Origin: Octopus sinensis
Lineage: Eukaryota
Length of the DNA stretch: 64,000 bases
NCBI RefSeq assembly: GCF_006345805.1
Contig: NC_043014.1
Location: forward strand, 38,006,001-38,070,000
Reading direction: 5' to 3'
The notes beneath the pieces were generated by a model. That model was given only the letters and a program-made list of their open reading frames with translations, searched no databases and was not told the origin of the DNA. Positions 1 to 12,000 of this stretch are shown here, piece after piece; position 1 is the stretch's first letter, and the number at the start of each line of letters is the position of its first letter. A program made the position numbers and the translations under genes.

Positions 1-3000
1 CTATTTATACGTCGTGCATTTCATTGCTTTCATTTTTTGTTGCACGACGAGCTGTCGTTCTTTGTTGACTATTTATACGTCGTGGCATTTCATTGGCTTT
101 AATTTTTTGTTGCACGACGAGCTGTCGTTCTTTGTTGTCTATTTATACGTCGTGCATTTCATTGGCTTTCAATTTTTGTTGCACGACGAGCTGTCGTTCT
201 TTGTTGACTATTTATACGTCGTGCATTTCATTGGCTTTCTTTTTGTTGCACGACGAGCTGTCGTTCTTTGTTGACTATTTATACGTCGTGCATTCATTGG
301 CTTTCATTTTTGTTGCACGACGAGCTGTCGTTCTTTGTTGACTATTTATACGTCGTGCATTTCATTGGCTTTCATTTTCTGTTGCACGACGAGCTGTCGT
401 TCTTTTGACTATTTATACGTCGTGCATTTCATTGGCTTTCATTTTTTGTTGCACGACGAGCTGTCGTTCTTTGTTGACTATTTATACGTCGTGCATTTCA
501 TTGGCTTTCATTTTTTGTTGCAAGACGAGCTGTCGTTCTTTGTTGACTATTTATACGTCGTGCATTTCATTGGCTTTCATTTTTGTTGCACGACGAGCTG
601 TCGTTCTTTGTTGACTATTTATACGCGTGCATTTCATGGCTTTCATTTTCTGTTGCACGACGAGCTGTCGTTCTTTGTTGACTATTTATACGTCGTGCAT
701 TTCATTGGCTTTCATTTCTGTTGCACGACGAGCCTGGTCGTTCTTTGTTGACTATTTATACGTCGTGCATTTCATGGCTTTCATTTTGTTGCACGACGAG
801 CTGTCGTTCTTTGTTGACTATTTATACGTCGTGCATTTCATTGGCTTTAATTTTTGTTGCACGACGAGCTGTCGTTCTTTGTGACTATTTATACGTTCGT
901 GCATTTCATTGGCTTTCATTTTTTGTTGCACGACGAGTGTCGTTCTTTGTTGACTATTTTACGTCGTGCATTTCATTGGCTTTCATTTTCTGTTGCACGA
1001 CGAGCTGTCGTTCTTTGTTGACTATTATACGTCGTGCATTTATGGCTTTCATTTTCTGTTGCACGACGAGCTGTCGTTCTTTGTTGACTATTTATACGTC
1101 GTGCATTTCATTGGCTTTCATTTCTGTTGCACGACGAGCTGTCGTCTTTGTTGACTATTTATACGTCGTGCATTTCATGGCTTTCATTTTTTGTTGCACG
1201 ACGAGCTGTCGTTCTTTGTTGACTATTTATACGTCGTCCATTTCATTGGCTTCATTTTTTGTTGCACGACGAGCTGTCGTTCTTTGTTGACTATTTATAC
1301 TCGTGATTTCATGGCTTTCATTTTTTGTTGCACGACGAGCTGTCGTTCTTTGTTGACTATTTATACGTCGTGCATTTCATTGGCTTTCATTTTTTGTTGC
1401 ACGACGAGCTGTCGTTCTTTGTTGACTATTTATACGTCGTGCATTTCATTGGCTTTCATTTTTTGTTGCACGACGAGCTGTCGTTCTTTGTTGACTATTT
1501 ATACGTCGTGCATTTCATTGGCTTTCATTTTTTGTTGCACGACGAGCGCTCTTTGTTGACTATTTATACGTCGTGCATTTCATTGGCTTTCATTTTTGTT
1601 GCACGACGAGCTGTCGTTCTTTGTTGACTATTTATACGTCGTGCATTTCATTGGCTTTCATTTTCTGTTGCACGACGAGCTGTCGTTCTTTGTTGACTAT
1701 TTATACGTCGTGCATTTCATTGGCTTTCATTTTCTGTTGTACGACGAGCTGTCGTTCTTTGTTGACTATTTATACGTCGTGCATTTCATTGGCTTTCATT
1801 TTTTGTTGCACGACGAGCTGTCGTTCTTTGTTGACTATTTATACGTCGTGCATTTCATTGGCTTTCATTTTCTGTTGCACGACGAGCTGTCGTTCTTTGT
1901 TGACTATTTATACGTCGTGCATTTCATTGGCTTTCATTTTTTGTTGCACGACGAGCTGTCGTTCTTTGTTGACTATTTATACGTCGTGCATTTCATTGGC
2001 TTTCATTTTCTGTTGCACGACGAGCTTGTCGTTCTTTGTTGATATTTATACGTCGTGCATTTCATTGGCTTTATTTTTTGTTGCACGACGAGCTGTCGTT
2101 CTTTGTTGGCTATTTATACGTCGTGCATTTCATTGGCTTTCATTTTTGTTGCACGACGAGCTGTCGTTCTTTGTTGACTATTTATACGTCGTGCTTCATT
2201 GGCTTTCATTTTTTGTTGCACGACGAGCTGTCGTTTTTGTTGACTATTATACGTCGTGCATTTCATGGCTTTCATTTTTGTTGCACGACGACGAGCTGTC
2301 GTTCTTTGTGACTATTTATTACGTCGTGCATTTCATTGGCTTTCATTTTTTGTTGCACGACGAGCTGTCGTTCTTGTTGACTATTTATACGTCGTGCATT
2401 TCATTGGCTTTCATTTTCTGTTGCACGACGAGCTGTCGTTCTTTGTTGACTATTTATACGTCGTGCATTTCATTGGCTTTCATTTTTTGTTGCACGACGA
2501 GCTGTCGTTCTTTGTTGACTATTTATACGTCGTGCTTTCATTGGCTTTCATTTTTGTTGCACGACGAGCTGTCGTTCTTTGTTGACTATTATACGTCGTT
2601 GCATTTCATTGGCTTTAATTTTTGTTGCACGACGAGCTGTCGTTCTTTGTTGACTATTTATACGTCGTGCATTTCATTGGCTTTAATTTTTTGTTGCACG
2701 ACGAGCTGTCGTTCTTTGTTGACTATTTATACGTCGTGCATTTCATTGGCTTTCATTTTTTGTTGCACGACGAGCTGTCGTTCTTTGTTGACTATTTATA
2801 CGTCGTGCATTTCATTGGCTTTCATTTTCTGTTGCACGACGAGCTGTCGTTCTTTGTTGACTATTTATACGTCGTGCATTTCATTGGCTTTCATTTTTTG
2901 TTGCACGACGAGCTGTCGTTCTTTGTTGACTATTTATACGTCGTGCATTTCATTGGCTTTCATTTTTTGTTGCACGACGAGCTGTCGTTCTTTGTTGACT

Positions 3001-6000
3001 ATTATACGTCGTGCATTTCATTGGCTTCTTTTTTTTTGTTGCACGACGAGCTGTCGTTCTTTGTTGACTATTTATACGTCGTGCATTTCATTGGCTTTCA
3101 TTTTTGTTGCACGACGAGCTGTCGTTCTTTGTTGACTATTTATACGTCGTGCATTTCATTGGCTTTCATTTTTGTTGTTGCACGACGAGCTGTCGTTCTT
3201 TGTTGACTATTATTACGTCGTGCATTCATGGCTTTCATTTTTCGTTGCACGACGAGCTGTCGTTCTTTGTTGAATATTTATACGTCGTGCATTTCATTGG
3301 CTTTCATTTTTGTTGCACGACGAGCTGTCGTTCTTTGTTGACTATTTATACGTCGTGCATTTCATTGGCTTTAATTTTTTGTTGCACGACGAGCTGTCGT
3401 TCTTGTTGACTATTTATCGTCGTGCATTTCATTGGCTTTCATTTTTTGTTGCACGACGAGCTGTCGTTCTTTGTTGACTATTTATACGTCGTGCATTTCA
3501 TTGGCTTTCATTTTCTGTTGCACGACGAGCTGTCGTTCTTTGTTGACTATTTATACGTCATGCATTTCATTGGCTTTCATTTTTGTTGCACGACGAGTGT
3601 CGTTCTTTGTTGACTATTTATACGTCGTGGATTTATTGGCTTTTTTTTTGTTGCACGACGAGCTGTCGTTCTTTGTTGACTATTTATACGTCGTGCATTT
3701 CATTGGCTTTCATTTTTTGTTGCACGACGAGCTGTCGTTCTTTGTTGACTATTTATACGTCGTGCATTTCATTGGCTTCATTTTCTGTTGCACGACGAGC
3801 TGTCGTTCTTTGTGACTATTTATACGTCGTGCATTTCATTGGCTTTAATTTTTTGTTGCAGACGAGCTGTCGTTCTTTGTTGACTATTTATACGTCGTGC
3901 ATTTCATTGGCTTTCATTTTTTGTTTCACGACGAGCTGTCGTCTTTGTTGACTATTTATACGTCGTGCATTCATTGGCTTTCATTTTCTGTTGCACGACG
4001 AGCTGTCGTTCTTTGTTGACTATTTATACGTCATCCATTTCATTGGCTTCATTTTTTGTTGCACGACGAGCTGTCGTTCTTTGTTGACTATTTATACGTC
4101 GTGCATTTCATTGGCTTTCATTTTTTGTTGCACGACGAGCTGTCGTTCTTTGTTGACTATTTATACGTCGTGCATTCATTGGCTTTCATTTTTTGTTGCA
4201 CGACGAGCTGTCGTTCTTTGTTGACTATTTATACGTCGTGCATTTCATTGGCTTTCATTTTTTGTTGCACGACGAGCTGTCGTTCTTTGTTGACTATTAT
4301 ACGTCGTGCATTTCATTGGCTTTCATTTTCTGTTGCACGACGAGCTGTCGTTCTTTGTTGACTATTTATACGTCATGATTTCATTGGCTTTCATTTTTGT
4401 TGCACGACGAGCTGTCGTTCTTTGTTGACTATTTATACGTCGTGCATTTCATTGGCTTTCATTTTTTGTTGCACGACGAGCTGTCGTTCTTTGTTGACTA
4501 TTTATACGTCGTGCATTTCATTGGCTTTCATTTTTTGTTGCACGACGAGCTGTCTTTCTTTTTGTTGACTATTTATACGTCGTGCATTTCATTGGCTTTA
4601 ATTTTTGTTGCACGACGAGCTGTCGTTCTTTGTTGACTATTTATACGTCGTGCATTTCATTGGCTTTCATTTTTGTTGCACGACGAGCTGTCGTTCTTTG
4701 TTGACTATTTATACGTCGTGCATCCTTCATTGGCTTTCATTTTCTGTTGCACGACGAGCTGTCGTTCTTTGTTGACTATTTATACGTCATGCGTTTCATT
4801 GGCTTTCATTTTTTGTTGCACGGCGAGCTGTCGTTCTTTGTTGACTATTTATACGTCGTGCATTTCATTGGCTTTCATTTTTTGTTGCACGACGAGCTGT
4901 CGTTCTTGTTGACTATTTATACGTCGTGCATTTCATTGGCTTTCATTTTTTGTTGCACGACGCTGTCGTTCTTTGTTGACTATTTATACGTCGTGCATTC
5001 ATTGGCTTTCATTTTTTGTTGCACGACGAGCTGTCGTTCTTGTTGACTATTTATACGTCGTGCATTTCAATTGGCTTTCATTTTCTGTTGCACGACGAGC
5101 TGTCGTTCTTTGTTGACTATTTATACGTCATGCATTTCATTGGCTTTCATTTTTTGTTGCACGACGAGCTGTCGTTCTTTGTTGACTATTTATACGTCGT
5201 GCATTTCATTGGCTTTCATTTTTGTTGCACGACGAGCTGTCGTTCTTTGTTGACTATTTATACGTCGTGCATTTCATTGGCTTTCATTTTTGTTGCACGA
5301 CGAGCTGTCGTTCTTTGTTGACTATTTATACGTCGTGCATTTCATTGGCTTTCATTTTTTGTTGCACGACGAGCTGTCGTTCTTTGTTGACTATTTATAC
5401 GTCGTGCATTTCATTGGCTTTCATTTTTTGTTGCACGACGAGCTGTCGTTCTTTGTTGACTATTTATACGTCGTGCATTTCATGGCTTTCATTTTTTGTT
5501 GCACGACGAGCTGTCGTTCTTTGTTGACTATTTATACGTCGTGCATTTCATTGGCTTTCATTTTCTGATGCACGACGAGCTGTCGTTCTTTGTTGACTAT
5601 TTATACGTCGTGCATTTCATTGGCTTTCATTTTTTGTTGCACGACGAGCTGTCGTTCTGTTGACTATTTGTACGTCGTGCATTTCATTGGCTTTCATTTT
5701 TTGTTGCACGACGAGCTGTCGTTCTTTGTTGACTATTTATACGTCGTGCATTTCATTGGCTTTCATTTTTTGTTGCACGACGAGCTGTCGTTCTTTGTTG
5801 ACTATTTATACGTCGTGCATTTCATTGGCTTTCATTTTCTGTTGCACGACGAGCTGTCGTCTTTGTTGACTATTTATACGTCGTGCATTCATTGGCTTTA
5901 ATTTTTTGTTGCACGACGATTGTCGTTCTTTGTTGACTATTTATACGTCGTGCATTTCTTGGCTTTCATTTTTTGTTGCACGACGAGCTGTCGTTCTTGT

Positions 6001-9000
6001 TGACTATTTATACGTCGTGCATTTAATTGGCTTTCATTTTTTGTTGCACGACGAGCTGTCGTTCTTTGTTGACTATTTTATACGTCGTGCATTTCATTGG
6101 CTTTCTTTTTTGTTGCACGACGAGCTGTCGTTCTTTGTTGACTATTTATACGTCGTGCATTTCATTGGCTTTCATTTTCTGTTGCACGACGAGCTGTCGT
6201 TCTTTGTTGACTATTTATACGTCGTGCATTTCATTGGCTTTCATTTTTGTTGCACGACGAGCTGTCGTTCTTTGTTGACTATTTATACGTCGTGCATTTC
6301 ATTGGCTTTCATTTTTGTTGCACGACGAGCTGTCGTTCTTTGTTGACTATTTATACGTCGTGCATTTCATTGGCTTTCATTTTCTGTTGCACGACGAGCT
6401 GTCGTTCTTTGTTGACTATTTATACGTCGTGCATTTCATTGGCTTTCATTTTTGTTGCACGACGAGCTGTCGTTCTTTGTTGACTATTTATACGTCGTGC
6501 ATTTCATGGCTTTCATTTCTGTTGCACGACGAGCTGTCGTTCTTTGTTGACTATTTATACGTCGGCATTTCATTGGCTTTCATTTTCTGTTGCACGACGA
6601 GCTGTCGTTCTTAGTGACTATTTATACGTCGTGCATTTCATGGCTTTCATTTTTTGTTGCACGACGAGCTGTCGTTCTTTGTTGACTATTTATACGTCGT
6701 GCATTTCATTGGCTTTCATTTTTTGTTGCACGATGAACTGTCGTTCTTTGTTGACTATTTATACGTCGTGCATTTCATTGGCTTTCATTTTTTTGTTGCA
6801 CGACGAGCTGTCGTTCTTTGTTGACTATTTATACGTCGTGCATTTCATTGGCTTTCATTTTTTGTTGCACGACGAGCTGTCGTTCTTTGTGACTATTTAT
6901 ACGTCGTGCATTTCATTGGCTTTCATTTTTTGTTGCACGACGAGCTGTCGTTCTTTGTTGACTATTTATACGTCGTGCATTTCATTGGCTTTCATTTTTT
7001 GTTGCACGACGAGCTGTCGTTCTTTGTTGACTATTTATACGTCGTGCATTTCATTGGCTTTCATTTTTGTTGTTGCACGACGAGCTGTCGTTCTTTGTTG
7101 ACTATTTATACGTCGTTGCATTTCATTGGCTTTCATTTTTGTTGCACGACGAGCTGTCGTTCTTTGTTGACTATTTATACGTCGTGGCATTTCATTGGCT
7201 TTCATTTTCTGTTGCACGACGAGCTGTCGTTCTTTGTTGACTATTTATACGTCGTGCATTTCATTGGCTTTCATTTTTGTTGCACGACGAGTTGTCGTTC
7301 TTTGTTGACTATTTATACGTCGTGGCATTTCATTGGCTTTCATTTTTTGTTGCACGACGAGCTGTCGTTCTTTGTTGACTATTTAACGTCGTGCATTTCA
7401 TTGGCTTTCATTTTTGTTGCACGACGAGCTGTCGTTCTTTGTTGACTATTTATACGTCGTGCATTTCATTGGCTTTCATTTTTTGTTGCACGACGAGCTG
7501 TCGTTCTTTGTTGACTATTTATACGTCGTGCATTTCATTGGCTTTCATTTTTGTTGCACGACGAGCTGTCGTTCTTTGTGGACTATTTATACGTCGTGCA
7601 TTTCATTGGCTTTCATTTTTTGTTGCACGACGAGCTGTCGTTCTTTGTTGGCTATTTATACGTCGTGCATTTCATTGGCTTTCATTTTTTGTTGCACGAC
7701 GAGCTGTCGTTCTTTGTTGACTATTTATACGTCGTGCATTTCATTGGCTTTCATTTTTGGTTGCACGACGAGCTGTCGTTCTTTGTTGACTATTATACGT
7801 CGTGCATTTCATTGGCTTTCATTTTCTTGCACGACGAGCTGTCGTTCTTTGTTGACTTATTTATACGTCATGCATTTCATTGGCTTTATTTTTTGTTGCA
7901 GACGAGCTGTCGTTCTTTGTTGACTATTATACGTCGTGCATTTCATTGGCTTTCATTTTTTGTTGCACGACGAGCTGTCGTTCTTTGTTGACTATTTATA
8001 CGTCGTGCATTTCATTGGCTTTCATTTTTTGTTGCACGACGAGCTGTCGTTCTTTGTTGACTATTATACGTCGTGCATTTCATTGGCTTTCATTTTTTGT
8101 TGCACGACGAGCTGTCGTTCTTTGTTGACTATTTATACGTCGTGCATTTCATTGGCTTTCATTTTTTGTTGCACGACGAGCTGTCGTTCTTTGTTGACTA
8201 TTTATACGTCGTGCATTTCATTGGCTTTCAGTTTTTGTTGCACGACGAGCTGTCGTTCTTTGTTGACTATTTATACGTCGTGCATTTCATTGGCTTTCAT
8301 TTTTTGTTGCACGACGAGCTGTCGTTCTTTGTTGACTATTTATACGTCGTGCATTTCATTGGCTTTCATTTTTTGTTGCACGACGAGCTGTCGTTCTTTG
8401 TTGACTATTTATACGTCGTGCATTTCATTGGCTTTCATTTTTTGTTGCACGACGAGCTGTCGTTCTTTGTTGACTATTTATACGTCGTGCATTTCATTGG
8501 CTTTCATTTTTCGTTGCACGACGAGCTGTCGTTCTTTGTTGACTATTTATACGTCGTGCATTTCATTGGCTTTCATTTTTTGTTGCACGACGAGCTGTCG
8601 TTTTTTTGACTATTTATACGTCGTGCATTTCATTGGCTTTAATTTTTTGTTGCACGACGAGCTGTCGTTCTTTGTTGACTATTTATACGTCGTGCATTTC
8701 ATTGGCTTTCATTTTTTGTTGCACGACGAGCTGTCGTTCTTGTTGACTATTATACGTCGTGCATTTCATTGGCTTTCATTTTCTGTTGCACGACGAGCTG
8801 TCGTTCTTTGTTGACTATTTATACGTCATGCATTTCATTGGCTTTCATTTTGTGTTGCACGACGAGCTGTCGTTCTTTGTTGACTATTTATACGTCGTGC
8901 ATTTCATTGGCTTTCATTTTTGTTGCACGACGAGCTGTCGTTCTTTGTTGACTATTTATACGTCGTGCATTTCATTGGCTTTCATTTTTTGTTGCACGAC

Positions 9001-12000
9001 GAGCTGTCGTTCTTTGTTGACTATTTATACGTCGTGCATTTCATTGGCTTTCATTTTCTGGTGCACGACGAGCTGTCGTTCTTTGTTGACTATTTATACG
9101 TCGTGCATTTCATTGGCTTTAATTTTTGTTGCACGACGAGCTGTCGTTCTTTGTTGACTATTTATACGTCGTGCATTTCATTGGCTTTCATTTTTTGTTG
9201 CACGACGAGCTGTCGTTCTTTGTTGACTATTTATACGTCGTGCATTTCATTGGCTTTCATTTTCTGTTGCACGACGAGCTGTCGTTCTTTGTTGACTATT
9301 ATACGTCATCCATTTCATTGGCTTTCATTTTTTGTTGCACGACGAGCTGTCGTTCTTTGTTGACTATTTATACGTCGTGCATTTCATTGGCTTTCATTTT
9401 TTGTTGCACGACGAGCTGTCGTTCTTTGTTGACTATTTATACGTCGTGCATTTCATTGGCTTTCATTTTTGTTGCACGACGAGCTGTCGTTCTTTGTTGA
9501 CTATTTATACGTCGTGCATTTCATTGGCTTTCATTTTTGTTGCACGACGAGCTGTCGTTCTTTGTTGACTATTTATACGTCGTGCATTTCATTGGCTTTC
9601 ATTTTCTGTTGCACGACGAGCTGTCGTTCTGTTGACTATTTATACGTCATGCATTTCATTGGCTTTCATTTTTTGTTGCACGACGAGCTGTCGTTCTTTG
9701 TTGACTATTTATACGTCGTGCATTTCATTGGCTTTCATTTTTTGTTGCACGACGAGCTGTCGTTTTTGTTGACTATTTATACGTCGTGCATTTCATTGGC
9801 TTTCATTTTTTGTTGCACGACGAGCTGTCTTTCTTTGTTGACTATTTATACGTCGTGCATTTCATTGGCTTTAATTTTTGTTGCACGACGAGCTGTCGTT
9901 CTTTTTGTGACTATTTATACGTCGTGCATTTCATTGGCTTTCATTTTTTGTTGCACGACGAGCTGTCGTTCTTTGTTGACTATTTATACGTCGTGCATTT
10001 CATTGGCTTTCATTTTCTGTTGCACGACGAGCTGTCGTTCTTTGTTGACTATTTATACGTCATGCGTTTCATTGGCTTTCATTTTGTTGCACGGCGAGCT
10101 GTCGTTCTTTGTGACTATTTATACGTCGTGCATTTCATTGGCTTTCATTTTTTGTTGCACGACGAGCTGTCGTTCTTTGTTGACTATTTATACGTCGTGC
10201 ATTTCATTGGCTTTCATTTTTTGTTGCACGACGAGCTGTCGTTCTTTGTTGACTATTTATACGTCGTGCATTTCATTGGCTTTCATTTTTGTTGCACGAC
10301 GAGCTGTCGTTCTTTGTTGACTATTTATACGTCGTGCATTTCATTGGCTTTCATTTTCTGTTGCACGACGAGCTGTCGTTCTTTGTTGACTATTTATACG
10401 TCATGCATTTCATTGGCTTTCATTTTTTGTTGCACGACGAGCTGTCGTTTTTGTTGACTATTTATACGTCGTGCATTTCATTGGCTTTCATTTTTTTTTG
10501 CACGACGAGCTGTCGTTCTTTGTTGACTATTATATACGTCGTGCATTTCATTGGCTTTCATTTTTTGTTGCACGACGAGCTGTCGTTCTTTGTTGACTAT
10601 TTATACGTCGTGCATTTCATTGGCTTTCATTTTTTGTTGCACGACGAGCTGTCGTTCTTTGTTGACTATTTATACGTCGTGCATTTCATTGGCTTTCATT
10701 TTTTTTTGCACGACGAGCTGTCGTTCTTTGTTGACTATTTATACGTCGTGCATTTCATTGGCTTTCATTTTTTGTTGCACGACGAGCTGTCGTTCTTTTG
10801 TGGACTATTTATACGTCGTGCATTTCATTGGCTTTCATTTTCTGATGCACGACGAGCTGTGTCGTTCTTTGTTGACTATTTATACGTCGTGCATTTCATT
10901 GGCTTTCATTTTTGTTGCACGACGAGCTGTCGTTCTTTGTTGACTATTTATACGTCATGCATTTCATTGGCTTTCATTTTTTGTTGCACACGACGAGCTG
11001 TCGTTCTTTGTTGACTATTTATACGTCGTGCATTTCATTGGCTTTCATTTTTTGTTGCACGACGAGCTGTCGTTCTTTGTTGACTATTTATACGTCGTGC
11101 ATTTCATTGGCTTTCATTTTCTGTTGCACGACGAGCTGTCGTTCTTTGTTGACTATTTATACGTCGTGCATTTCATTGGCTTTAATTTTTTGTTGCACGA
11201 CGAGTTGTCGTTCTTTGTTGACTATTTATACGTCGTGCATTTCATTGGCTTTCATTTTTGTTGCACGACGAGCTGTCGTTCTTTGTTGACTATTTTACGT
11301 CGGCATTTAATTGGCTTTCATTTTTGTTGCACGACGAGCTGTCGTTCTTTGTTGACTATTTATACGTCGTGCATTTCATTGGCTTTCATTTTTTGTTGCA
11401 CGACGAGCTGTCGTTCTTTGTTGACTATTTATACGTCGTGCATTTCATTGGCTTTCATTTCTGGTTGCACGACGAGCTGTCGTTCTTTGTTGACTATTTA
11501 TACGTCGTGCATTTCATTGGCTTTCATTTTTTGTTGCACGACGAGCTGTCGTTCTTTGTTGACTATTTATACGTCGTGCATTTCATTGGCTTTATTGGCT
11601 TTCATTTTTTGTTGCACGACGAGCTGTCGTTCTTTGTTGACTATTTATACGTCGTGCATTTCATTGGCTTTTTCATTTTCTGTTGCACGACGAGCTGTCG
11701 TTCTTTGTTGACTATTTATACGTCGTGCATTTCATTGGCTTTCATTTTTGTTGCACGACGAGCTGTCGTTCTTTGTTGACTATTTATACGTCGTGCATTT
11801 CATTGGCTTTCATTTTCTGTTGCACGACGAGCTGTCGTTCTTTGTTGACTATTTATACGTCGTGCATTTCATTGGCTTTCATTTTCTGTTGCACGACGAG
11901 CTGTCGTTCTTTGTTGACTATTTATACGTCGTGCATTTCATTGGCTTTCATTTTTTGTTGCACGACGAGCTGTCGTTCTTTGTTGACTATTTATACGTCG

